A stretch of 63,091 nucleotides of DNA, counting the filler, from Sphacelaria rigidula (Eukaryota): the NCBI GenBank assembly GCA_964200075.2. It is 3 parts of 3 records of this genome, joined end to end, with 100 filler letters (N's around TTAATTAATTAA, not from the genome) between each part and the next. Parts side by side here need not be neighbours in the genome. Positions count along the whole stretch, not along the records: positions 21,101 to 42,070 come from CAXNAA020000477.1; positions 42,171 to 63,091 come from CAXNAA020000479.1; 1 more part is not named here. The stretch is one strand, 5' to 3'. Position numbers and translations under genes: made by a program. Below the pieces are notes generated by a model. It ran no database searches and was not told the DNA's origin. It saw only the letters and a program-made list of their open reading frames with translations. Below, in pieces: positions 34,915 to 46,808 of the stretch. Each line of letters starts with the position of its first letter. Position 1 is the stretch's first letter.

Positions 34915-37900
34915 GATGTTCAACCAGAGTGATAGCGTGCTTTCCTACGGCGCGGTAGCCCCTACAAACGCCTCAGGACTTGAGCATCTACAGTATGTAC
35001 ACAGTACGCTCAAGAAGTCCGAAGCAGATAGGTCACGGTGTAAAGCACCCCCAAGAGTGCTTTCAGATTATTTGAATCCATTTTTCTTCGGAAACCTATG
35101 GTAGCCGCCACATCACCAAAAGTAGGGTTTTCGTATATTTTCATCGACATTGTTTTTCGGGGACTGCAAGTCTCGGTCTCTCGATACTTGAAAGCTTGAC
35201 ATCTAAGAAAATAGATTGCCGCTACCATCTGACACCACAAAGACAGACTTGCAAGGTAGCCTGCTATTTTTGTTTAAATATCTGATTTTACAGAGTACAG
35301 ATAAATAAATGGCTCACCTGTCTTCGATGTACATCCGGGCAATAGTCTTGGGAGAAAAGATGGGTAGAAAATATGATTTGGGTTGTTGAGGTGTTACCCC
35401 CTACTCCGTACTGCGCACCCCTGCATTCATTCGTAAACGTCCAGCATTGGCTCTTCAAGGGCTCATTTGATGTTACAGTTGAGATATCGCGAACTCGGGG
35501 ACCCATATTCGTGGTTGAAACGTTCTTTGATTTAGTGTGGACCATAATACCCAAATATTTCCAGGGCTCACAGTCCCAAGGGCTCGCAAAAATCTAGACG
35601 ATACAGTCTATATTCATTGCGTTTGCATGAAGTCGTCACAACAAAGAGAAGCGGTTCAACCTGTTGCGATTCAACGACGCAACGAACTATGCAAGACCGT
35701 TTCATTCGTATCTTTCACGGACAGTACCTCTTTGTGTTGACTTATGGTATACTTTTTCGAGTGACGTTTCAAGTAGGATATTGCTGGAGTAGGCGTGTTG
35801 CCATGATTTGTCAATGAAAGATACTCTAGCAGGGCATCTAGGCCACGTCAGCTGTAAGATATCTTGTATGCAAGCTTGCAATTGATCTGAGCTAAAGAGC
35901 TGGCCAGGCTACCGCGTCAGCAGTAGCAAGGTTGAATTGGATGATATTTTTTATCCTACGTAGGTGTAGAGGTCTGTGCTTTTTGTTCCAGCGTTGAGTT
36001 TGCTTGGAATCAGTGGTCTTCACCGCCCTATGCAATCACTCTCCCAAGCTTCCCCAGCTCTCCTTGGTTTCCTCAGCCCTCTGCTTGCAAAAGAGGCTGC
36101 TTGATTTTGTTCGGCCGAGTGAAGAGCCCCAAACACCATTTGTCTTCTTGACTTTCTGTCTGCTGCAGAAGAAGTGGTTTAACCACCACTGTGCAACCTC
36201 CGCCATACTTCTGTCCCCGTGACGGTAGTCGGTCTGTTTCGAGGAGAATACCAAATACCACGAGCCAATATTTCCAACACTGTCAACGCTCTGTCGAACG
36301 CGAGCGTATCCTCGTCGAGACTGTGTGCTGCTGGTCCGCTGTGAGCAGACGTGGCGGCACCGCGCGTTCTAACGATTGCATGCCGCGTGTTATCCGCCTG
36401 CTCACCCTGCAGCGTGTATGCATGCGTTAACCGCCCTCTATGGCGCGGCGTCAAACAGAAGTACGATGTTTCCGTTTTGAAGTATTTAGGATCTATATCC
36501 ATGGTTGAGCGCGCGGGCGGGGGAGCGTGCTGATTCGTTGCTTGCGTGAGTCATTTGCCTATTGACCACGCATCCCTTTCTATATGAGGTGGGTTGGAAT
36601 TTTCGGGGCGTCTGTCTCACACAGTATGGCGCTCGCAGGTGTATCCGCCGCAGGCTCTATCAGAACAACGGCCGATCCCGCAACACCTCCGTGTTCTGCG
36701 AAGATTTTCCCGTACTCAATGCTATACTAGCTATACAGACTATGATAAGGGTATGTGTGGCAACGACGCGGTGAACATAAACCCGACTGTTTCCATATAG
36801 GTGTTGTGTCATTGATAATAACAACTACTCTGAACCCCCCAAAAGAGCCGCTGCTCCGTCTCGAAAGGGATGCGTGGTCAATGGTCAAAAGACTAAAGCA
36901 AGCAACAAATGAGTATGCCCCCCTCACCCCCCCTCCCTCGATATAGCCACACCGAAAAATAGCCACCTGCACGATTCGGCGCTTTAGGAGTTGTCAATGC
37001 TCCAACGTCCGCGTTAGCACACTCAGGCTCAATATGACTACTGTACGGGGCAGTCGATGTACCGTAGCCGTCTTGGCAGCGAAAAGAAGACACTGCTAGA
37101 AAACACCACCAAACCATACTTGGGGATACGATCTCTCACAAGGTATGGGGTAGGTATGAGAGCCATGAAGTCGCTGCGATACACCCTCTGGAAGAAACGT
37201 CTTCGAGAGCGTTTTTTCGCTGCTTCGAAAGTCTTTTCTGAGACGTCTTCTGGATCGTTATAAAAAAAACAGTCTGCCCCCCAGAAAAAAAGCACTCCAC
37301 GCTTGTAGGAGAACAACATGGCGTACACGGACCACACGGTGAAGAATGCCGATGTGTGACTCGGATCGAAGACACAACCAGGCACGAATCATTCGTCTTT
37401 TTGTATTTCTGTCTGCTGCAGAAGCAAGTGGTTTAACCACCACTGTGCAACCTCTGTCATACTACTGTCCCCGTGACGGTAGTCGGTCTGTTTCGAGGAC
37501 AGTATCAAACACCACGAGCCAATGTTTTCAACACTATCAACGCTTTAAGGCCTATTTATCCAGGGCCACAGTTTGAGCCATAGCTCTTGATCATGCCGAG
37601 TAGATGTTCTTGAGTTCAATGATCTATATCACGTGCCTCGAAATAAAACGCCCTCACACCGTCAATCACTGCGTCTTCGGGAACGTTCTTGGCATGCACA
37701 CGACCGCTTCTTCAACATTGAAGATATTGCCGTGAAGCAAGGCTCAAGTGTGTAGGTGAGCAAGGGCTAGCGCCGGACTTGATGCTCTCGTGCTGTGGAT
37801 ACCTGTGCGTTTTTGCTTACGCTCGATTATGTAGGTATCATACGTTCCAGTCACAATCCTTGTTATACCTGTTCAGGTGCTCGGACTGATCAGACCCGTT

Positions 37901-39487
37901 TGGATGTGTTTGAGCCTGCGTCCAGTCCAAACAAGGACCACTCCGAGATGAAAGCGTGCACGTTTCTGTGTCACATCGACAGAAGTAAAACTTCTCGGTG
38001 TAAGCAGACAACAACGTTTTTCCATGTCTCGGTAAGACACGGCCTGACCCTTTGATTGCGAGCCTCGCCCCGGAACAGTATCTCCGCTCACAGTCCATTG
38101 CGTAGAAATGAAGGTCGACAGCTTTCATCGAGAGCAGGCAGGGAAGTTGAGAATCCGTGGAATTGTCGGTGGAACAAGCGGGGTTGATGTCAGGGAGCTG
38201 AAGGCTCTTCTGTGATAACGTCATCGCAGATTTCGATTCCTACCTACACATCATCTTCAATGTCTGAATACATGAGCATGGAGCACGATGATGTCTCCGC
38301 GCCCTGGTGGTCTAATGATACAACTCACACCGTTATGACGGGGAAAATGCAGATTCGGTTCTTGTCAGATGTGTCTAGTTGAGTTTCTTTACTTGAAGCA
38401 TTTGATTTTCGCATTTAAAAATTTGGCGCCGTGAGAAGCGAAAGTAGTCTCTTAGATTGAATTTCTTTCACGGCAGTCTACGCGGTGTGGGAGTGCTGAT
38501 GGTCATGATCCAATCCGTGGTATTTAAATGTGAAGCGTATACTGAGTGAGGGAAGGGTTGATCCCTTGAAACCACGAACTCGTCCCGCGTAAGGTGAGGG
38601 ATTAAACACGAAACAAGGAAAAAAACAACGGGGCATGCCACGGGATCCTTCTTTTATTTTCATCTCAATCCCGGTCTGAGTTGCAGGATGTCAACACACA
38701 TTTATGGTCGACAACCTTTTCATTTAAACTCGTTAGGGGAATATTCTGTGATCCGAAAGTGCCATGATGGTGACCTCGAGTCGATATCCGTGTCCTGAAA
38801 CCTAACTTTCACGATGTCCATTTTTAGCAGAAGGGAGCGGCAGGGGATACAGGAGCAGAGGAAGCAATGACGGAAGAAGACGGGAGCCCTCGGCGGACTC
38901 TGCTCCTTCAGTTCCAGTGCGGCCGATGTGATCACGTGAACCAGTACATGATCGGCAAGGTGGCCTACGAAGATGGCATCGTGATCTGCACGTGCAAGGG
39001 TTGCCAAGTCCGACACCTCATCGCCGACAACTTGAAAAAGGTGTGTGTGTGTCGTGGCTGGCGTTTATTCTCCCTGTGCGTACAGCGTGCACATCTTGCC
39101 AAAGCCGACGTTACAAATATGTGCTCGAGCATGCCACTCGTTGTTGCAAATCTATCAAGCACGTGAGGCGAAATCGACATCGTGTGAAAACTGACAGTTG
39201 AAGCCGTGGATGCGGTTCTCTCACTCTCACAACGTTTTGACGTGCGTTGAAGTCGCTCACCCATGTCTCCCTTGGTTTGTCCGTAATTTCCATGATGCTA
39301 CCTACAGATGGATTTTCCAACCTTTGGAGACAACATTGAAGAATACATGCAGTCTAGGGGGACACCGGAGGAGGTTAAGCGAGGGACATCCCCCAACTTT
39401 TCACCCGAGATTTTGGAGAAGTATGACCTCAACGTGGGCGAAGACGGGACTGTCAGCCTCAGCCCGAAGGGTGACCAATCTTCTTGA
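34128..39487 (+). CDS. DNL-type zinc finger protein (Hep1/Zim17-family Hsp70 escort), probably plastid-targeted (~220 aa)
   Basis: Exons 34128-34224 (signal-peptide-like MKTALPTSTLGATLLALQLSNKAHDSHGFVAP), 34674-34849, 38828/38831-39040 (LQFQCGRCDHVN...AYEDGIVICTCKGCQVRHLIADNL, zf-DNL) and 39308-39487 (DFPTFGDNIEEYM...stop). Splice phases are compatible. The link across the 4-kb intron is inferred. Confidence 0.8.
34865..34912 (+). repeat. (TG)n microsatellite
   Basis: About 24 TG units just inside intron 2 of the zf-DNL gene. Confidence 0.95.
36152..37545 (+). repeat. ~140-bp direct duplication (36152-36291 and 37406-37545) inside the zf-DNL intron
   Basis: tttctgtctgctgcagaag...gtggtttaaccaccactgtgcaacctc...ctgtccccgtgacggtagtcggtctgtttcgagga...accacgagccaat is present twice. 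Confidence 0.85.
36515..36935. mobile_element. MITE-like element with ~65-bp inverted termini; member of a dispersed family
   Basis: attgaccacgcatccctttc (about 36561-36580) is mirrored by gaaagggatgcgtggtcaat (about 36863-36882). The same motif recurs at 23643-23703 (+), 33445-33527 (-) and 56367-56450 (+). Confidence 0.55.
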
Positions 39488-40556
39488 AATTACGCACATC
39501 CAATCGTTCAACCATATGCTGGTACTGTACCCTGTACGTACGTGAGCGTCAGTCTCCATTAGGCCGGCCCGTCTTGTCCAGACGGCAAAAAAAAAAATCG
39601 AGCTTCGATTTACGAGGTGCTTCGCCTTGCGCTACCCTCCACCTTCTGGTGGCTGTAACGTTTGCAACGGACTGAGAGTTTGCGTAGAGATGCAGGAGCA
39701 AGTTCAGACACGCTTGAGTACGGAGAGGAACGCTGTGAACAAGCCCATGTTGGCGCTATCAAGGCCATGCGACGTACTTGGCTGACGAGACGAATGCACA
39801 CGCAGGTAACATATGTTGACGGTTGGGGACCTGTCATGCAGTATGATGGCGGGAATAGAATTTGTGACTGCGAAGTATTTTGCAGTAACAGTGCCGTGTT
39901 TCTTCCGATGCCAAATTATGTCGCTCACCACACACCCGATTGTGGCCCCGTGTACTTGGGGCAGTGACAGTATAGAAACGCGGATAAGAAGGAAACCACT
40001 TGTACAGATGTATTTGACTGCGGGAAGGCAAACAAGACAAAACAGTTGCAACACAATGAAGAGGAACTAGCCCAAGGAAGGCAAGACTGAATGAAATCAG
40101 TCCTACTTACCTCGTCCACACACGAAACACGCCATGCGCAGCCTAGAAGGGAAGCACGCGCGGGCATGTGTTGCATGATTCAAACGGGCTTCCGCAGATT
40201 TTGCAAGCCTCAAATCTCCTAGCACGTATGCAGTATGTATGATCGTTGAGTTTTTCCAGTCACGAACTCCGTTGGTTGAGAAGAAACGTTCGTTTCACGT
40301 CACCCTGGAACTGCAGCATGTCGTGCATAGCTGTCACACCACCGAGAGGGAAAAGGAATCGTACCAAACGTCCTCATAACCCCAGGTACACGGCGTGCGC
40401 ACGAGAAACATGTTTCAAGCTCCAACTGCACGTTTCACTGTGGTCCCTCTCCCATCTCTACACTTATCCCTGAGGCCCAAGTGCTGGTTACAAAAACGTG
40501 AATAACAGCTCGTCCAACGGTACTTGCAGCGGGGCTGCTATACACACCAGCCCGCA

Positions 40557-41494
40557 TCACTTCCTCCGTGACTCTCGTCCGGGTTTGATGAGCTGCTTGA
40601 GCGCATCGATTGGCTTAATGTTCCACGATTCCACGTGGCGCTCGATCCGTCCTGAATCGGAGAAGAAGAATTCCGTTCCCTAACGAAGAAAGAACGTCGG
40701 TATCAAGATGACGGGGGTATGTCAAAAACATCATACGGGGAGAAAGTTGGAGGGAATAATGATGCAACTTTCAAACGTTTGTCGACCTTGAAGTGTGCAT
40801 TATTCCTACATGAAGGGGATGCTGAAACAGTCGCTGAAATACCAAGAGGAATTGCACGCCGAATTTGCTTATAGATTGCTCTGCTTTGCATCGCGCTCCC
40901 AGTTTTTTTTTCTCTTTCCCTTTATTGGGCTACTTCTCATGTATCGAAAAATATAACTTGTGGAAAAGTGCTTTTTTGACCCTTCTCCGTCGTTATTGCC
41001 CCAAAAAGAGGGCTCAGCGGATGTTGACACCTTGGAATAACTTGCTCTACTCGCTGAGACCGTTCCAGACCACCTTTGCGTTTTCCGTAGGTCACAGTTG
41101 CGTTCTTGGCCAAAAATTACCAAGAAGAATTGCATGTCGAAATTGCTTACAATGGAAGACATCCGAACCGCGCGTTGACATTTCTTCAACGCCACATTTT
41201 CGATATACGAGGTCAATGATTTCACCGAGACAAAAAAACATCATGCATCCGGAGTAGCGAGGAGACGCGTCACCAGGAACTGGCACAATGCCCGCCTCGA
41301 AACGCTAGTCCGCATCAACAAGTCTTTGCATTTGTCTTTTGACTCACTCCCGAGGCTGCAAGACTTGGCCTCCATGGCAATCCCAGCACGCATCGGAATC
41401 GCCATTTCGTCTTCAACGAGTCCCCCGTATCTTCCCACCCAGTAACGTCGAGGCTAACGTCTTGCATCAGCGACCCCAAGTTGTCGAGATTATT
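40557..41494 (-). CDS. DUF2358 / SnoaL-like (NTF2 fold) protein, last two exons; 5' end not in this contig
   Basis: Exons 41494-41348 (NNLDNLGSLMQDVSLDVTGWEDTGDSLKTKWRFRCVLGLPWRPSLAASG) and 40679-40557 (GTEFFFSDSGRIERHVESWNIKPIDALKQLIKPGRESRRK*), GT-AG and phase 0. The W-x-F...LPWRP...G...GRI-x-RH-x-E-x-W pattern is typical of DUF2358. Absent from the supplied ORF track. Confidence 0.8.
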
Positions 41495-42070
41495 CTAGGA
41501 TGACAAAACAGTTGGGGGAGGGGGCGGGGGGGTTGTATTCATTATTGTGCATGCCGTTGTCGTATGATCATTGATCTCGCATCCCTACAAAGTCGGGACG
41601 GAGCACGCCGGGTCCCCGCTGTACCAGGATCCCAATTAATCACATTGTGCGGAGCGCCGTGATGTGTTCGGCGGGTCGCATCAAGCGTGAGCTGCATCTT
41701 GCTGAGATTGTTTGGCCCCAAGGGTATTGATTATCTTGCGTACGAATGACAGCCTCGAATGAGCTGCTTCATTTTCTGGTATTGCCACTTCCAGAGACAG
41801 CCCACGACTCACACACTGCCTCATTGGTGTCTTGCAATCTGAACACCACGCAGTATGATCATGCCCTTTGCGCGGAGTTAAAGTTATCCCACCCCCCACG
41901 ATAAAATCTCACTCGACCACCATCATGGTTGCCTGGTATAAGCAGTGAGCGGCGCAATTTACAGCATCGTCGCTAACGTACGCCACCCCTTCAGGAAATG
42001 GGGGGGGGGGGGGGGGGGCCTCATTTGTTGCTTTCCTTGTTGGTTCGGCTAAGGCAAGGGGGGGGGGGGG

Positions 42071-42170
42071 NNNNNNNNNNNNNNNNNNNNNNNNNNNNNN
42101 NNNNNNNNNNNNNNTTAATTAATTAANNNNNNNNNNNNNNNNNNNNNNNNNNNNNNNNNNNNNNNNNNNN
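42071..42170. other. Artificial contig linker (44N-TTAATTAATTAA-44N)
   Basis: Identical to 21001-21100. Confidence 0.95.
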
Positions 42171-42171
42171 C

Positions 42172-42555
42172 GAAGATTTTAATCCTCCGGGTTCTCATCC
42201 TCAATGAAAAGCACCATCCTCAACATAGATGATCGGCTGTTTACTGATGGCTATTGACAACTGCTACACGCCATAGAGATTTGGATTTCGACCACCGAAA
42301 TGTTGGGGTCCTAGGTCAAAAACTAATTTCGGAACCATTTTGGCGTCCATTCGGACACTCGGAATTCCCCAAACTTTGTTTTTCACCTACCTAGGACCCC
42401 AACGTTCCGGTTATCGAAATCCAAATTTCTATGGCTTGCAGCAGTTGTCAATTGCTATCCGTGGGTGAAGAAATAAATGGAACAATGTTTCGAAGATTTG
42501 GTGTATAGGAAGATTTTAATTCTCCGGGTTTTTCATCCCCAATAAAAGATCCATC
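42172..42555. repeat. Foldback-type repeat: inverted arms (about 42253-42454) bracketed by a ~40-bp direct repeat
   Basis: ttgacaactgct...ccatagagatttggatttcga...ttggggtcctaggt is mirrored by acctaggaccccaac...tcgaaatccaaatttctatgg...agcagttgtcaa. gaagattttaatyctccgggtt occurs at 42172 and 42509. Confidence 0.75.
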
Positions 42556-45500
42556 CCCAATAATTTGTAAGATCCCGTGTTTCAAGCTGTCAAGCTGTCA
42601 AGCCTGTCTGTCAGAGCGTTTGGCGTCGAGACAAAACATCCCCTGTCCCGGGGGTAAATAACGCCTACCCATCTCTGTAGAAACCCTTATTTTGCCTCCC
42701 ACACAACTACTAGGCCTGAGTCCTTTGGTTGCGGGGGCGACGCGATCCTCAGGTTCAAATTGAATTGTGTTGAGTTGTCTGTCAAGCCTTTGGTAATGCT
42801 CGTGTTAACGGGATATGGTTGACCGGGTGGCTACTTCATTCTTTTTAAGGGGCAGGTGGACAGTGAACCTCAGCGTTCACGGGGCTGAATGCGCGCGCAC
42901 TTGAAGCCACCTCTTGTGTTATATTAACCTCAGAAAGTATTTGTGCACCCCTACCGTGGCATCACTCGACGTGTCCGGTACGACCGCACAGCTCGTCACG
43001 GCAAAAAGGAGACCAGATGGACAACAGCACACGGAAAGAAGAAATAGATGTGAAATGGAACAACGCAGAACGATCACCTCCGCGAATGCCCAGCCATTAT
43101 GACCGCGAAAAAAGTAATCCGATTCTAGCCGGGTGCTGAGTGGGGGTCTTTGGGTGGCAGGAGGGAAGAACGTTACATACCCATCCGCTTTACTTCGTAT
43201 GCCTGCTAAATCGTGTTTCTTCGGGATCCGATTCGTTTGCTGAAAATGGCCCAATTTCTTGCGTCTGATTGGTCCAAGGAGACACCATTACATACGGATG
43301 TGCATACCCGAGACCCTGACATCCAGCTAGACATTGCGAACAAATGAGTAGCAATACGAGTGAGAGGGGGAGGGATGACTAGAGAAGGACCACAGCGTTG
43401 TGACTTTTGATTTTCTTTGTCATGGGGGAGTGAAACTGTCCCGTTTCACGTCAGCGTGTCGGGTGTTCACTTTGTTCCCGTCGGACAGTGAACACCCTGG
43501 ACGACTTCTCCTTTCTTAGGTCGACACTCTCGCATCTACGCACAATAAACACATACAGAAAAAAAGTCAGTTTGTAATTTCATTTCACTTGTCTTCATTG
43601 ACTTCAAATGCCCAAACTTCCGCGAACCAACACACGCGTCGCCCCTCCACGGCAGTCATACACATTTAAAAAAAAATGGCATGTGAGTGAACTTCTCCAG
43701 AAGACAGCACATGGCACGTTACATGCTCTCAATATCGTACTACTTCTTTACTACAATGAAAATGCATACTCGCAGAATTAAGAGGTGCACGGAAATAGTG
43801 AAGATACTTGGTACAACCATCCATCGCCACCATTACACGACCTTTAACATGCAAACTACCCCCCCCCCCCCCCCCCCTGACCCCGCCTCAACCGCTTCGT
43901 CGTTGCGCACACGATGATTTTACTCCATGGACTGCGCAGAACCCACCCTGCTCTGCCCGTCCCCTGACACAACATAATTTAATATTAAAAATATCACACC
44001 ATGTACATGAATACGTAAATATATATAGATATATATCCATCCTTCGTATAAACCCCAAGATTCCGCACGACGAGCGTACTGTATACGTGGATTTCGTTCA
44101 TGTCTACTACATCGTCAACTTTATTCTGCCTATTGCCACACACGGGAAAATGACTGAATGGCGTGAGTCTACAGAACGAACGTGACACCGCGTACAAAAC
44201 AGAACGGGTGCACAGCGACGGCAAAGTTTATCTAGCCTCTGAAAAACAAAACAGAACGCCAGCAACAATCAGGTATACCAACATCCGCATCGTTGGCGAG
44301 GGCAAAAACAAGAGCGAATCCTCACAACACTCGCACCAAGACGTGCTCTCACAGCCGCACGAATATTAAACACACGAGATCTCTCCCCCTCCCCTCTACC
44401 CTCCGCCGCGCGTGCGCTCACGCCCCCGCACACACGCGCATCAAGTACAAACGGGTGAGAACTAATGTCCGAGGCCAAAAAACACCGACACGACACATGA
44501 CACGACAAGCGGTGTCCTTCGCAGCTCCCTCGGAAAAGAAAGAAAGAAAGATTGTGCGATCAAATTACACTGATGAAGAAAAAAAATGCTACAGCTGAAT
44601 CCACGCACTGCAGACACAACATCAGCCCATACTGATAAAAAAACATACACAACACACCCACACCCAAATCGGCCCATGCTACCCCCACTGCTGCATGTGT
44701 TACACAGCAGATCCAAGACAGTAGAACGGGACAAACTCGCAGCGGAGAGCGGCTCCCCATGCACGAGGCGGGTTCAGACCGGACTTCCATCCACAGATAA
44801 CGGAATGTCCCCTGGACGGACCATGTTGTGTCACAAAACACGCCTACTTGGCCCTCCCGACGCTTCAGACAAACGCCGAGCTTCCAGGATACACGACAGA
44901 CACAAATACCCCCCCCTCCCCCCCACCGCCCCCAGCCCATCACAGGATGAGGGGTAGTACCGAGAGTGGTGAAACGAACCTGAATTCAGACTATCCCGCC
45001 CCTCTTCGTACCCACCCCCCAACCGCTACCTTCTATTGACTCAATCCCCTACGTTCTACAGATGATTCCACCGTCAAAAGATTGCTGCTGCTGTCACCGC
45101 CACTACTGCACAGCACCATAGATCGCTCGCAGCTCATGTGTGGGGGCTGACTATTAATAGTCGGCCTCAAGTGTGCGTGATCAACGGATGCTTTTCCCTT
45201 CCCGCGTACGTACGATCATTCATCACCACCGCCACCGCCACCGCCACCAGCCGCCAAACCCTTCGTACAAAGCGAGACGATCAACACCCTTTCCGCTTGT
45301 CTCGGGGCTGGTTCCTCTGTAGAAAACGCCGAAACGCCCGACGAAAAACGAAACAATGGGTAACTTCTCTCGTCCTAGATGCCCCCCCCCCCGGACGACG
45401 CCCACCAACTGTTCGCACGGGCTGTTCGTTTAGTTTCCCATGCACGCCAACATGTACCGTAAAGGTATCACCTTTTCCTCTCATCATGCCACGTCATTCG

Positions 45501-46808
45501 ACGGTGTCGCGTGGAACACGACAAACAGAACAAAAAGACAAGGACACGCCGCCGATTAGTATAGACAGCAGGATTCGAGCGCTCGTGTGACGAATACTCT
45601 CTTCACCCCGCACCTGCACGACGCACGAGCAGTGGTCGGTGGTTTGTCTAAAAGCAAGCGCGAAGAACAACACCCTCACACCCATCATCGCCTGCTTGCG
45701 TTACTTACCGATGCCCCTGCCTCCCGTGATCTCCGCGTGCCGAAACACGGCGCACGACGACTGCGTCTCGCGGTGCACGCACCCTCCTACTTCGGCCGGC
45801 ACTTCGCTACACACGATCAACGCGACACAGGCACGTGTTGTCCGCGTCCGACAACAGCTCCCCACGCACAGTTGTTGCTCACTTCGAGAACCCGTACTTG
45901 TACAGAACAGGAGTCGCGGTGGGCATCATCCCGCGCATAGGCGGAGGTACATCATGGGCTGAATCAGCATCGATGGCGAATGGATTCAACATCCGTCCAC
46001 CGCCTCTTTTGATGGCCATTCGACTGCTCAAAGTCTTCCCCACCTAGCACTACAATATTTACTCTTTCTACTGTAGGCGAATAGCGCTCGCGGTGTATCC
46101 TCCATCTTCTCTAGAGAGAGTGATCGCAGCCATCGTGCCGCTTACAGAGAGAAACATTTAAGGGGCAGCAAGTGAGGACCGAACCTTCCTTCCCTGTTTT
46201 GCGGTTCCTCACAAACTCCCCGCCGCCCGCCCTCAGTCACAGCAACCAGAAAAAACGCTTTCCGCGTTTGAGAGTCGGGGGGGTAAAAGACTTGCCCAAA
46301 CCCGCCGCCTTTCCCGACAAATATCACACCCCAATCAAGGTCTAAGCTCGCATGGCTTGGAGCCGACAAACAAACGGAGTGCGTCATACGTCCGTAGACC
46401 GAGCAGAGGTTCTGCTGCGCACATCCCTCACAAGTACAGCCTCCCTAAGTTCGACGCCTGCTTGCACCAAGTTTGACGACTGCATGCATGTATCGCAAGC
46501 TTCGGGCAAAACTTCATGGTGACTCCGGATCGAGGAAGACGTGCGACCAGCCCCCGTGGATAAAGTTGCAGCTCAGGCGATGTGTTGTTTCCTGCCTGGT
46601 CGGGCGACAAGGGCTCTCCCTGGACCTTCCGCACCCCACGACACAAACATGAGAGAGAGAGAGCATCTGATAGCGACGGCCCGTGGGTTGCCAGTGGAGG
46701 CGTTGGACGAAAAAAATAAACTAGTACAACGTGGTGGTTCCTGCCAACCTCGTGAAAATTCCTCACACTCACAAGTAGCCACCGATCCCGTCCACCGAAA
46801 CAAACGAG

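Noticed and set aside
38298..38400. Another tRNA-like head (gccctggtggtctaatg...gattcggttc)
   Set aside because: Too degenerate to call; at most an old SINE or tRNA pseudogene.
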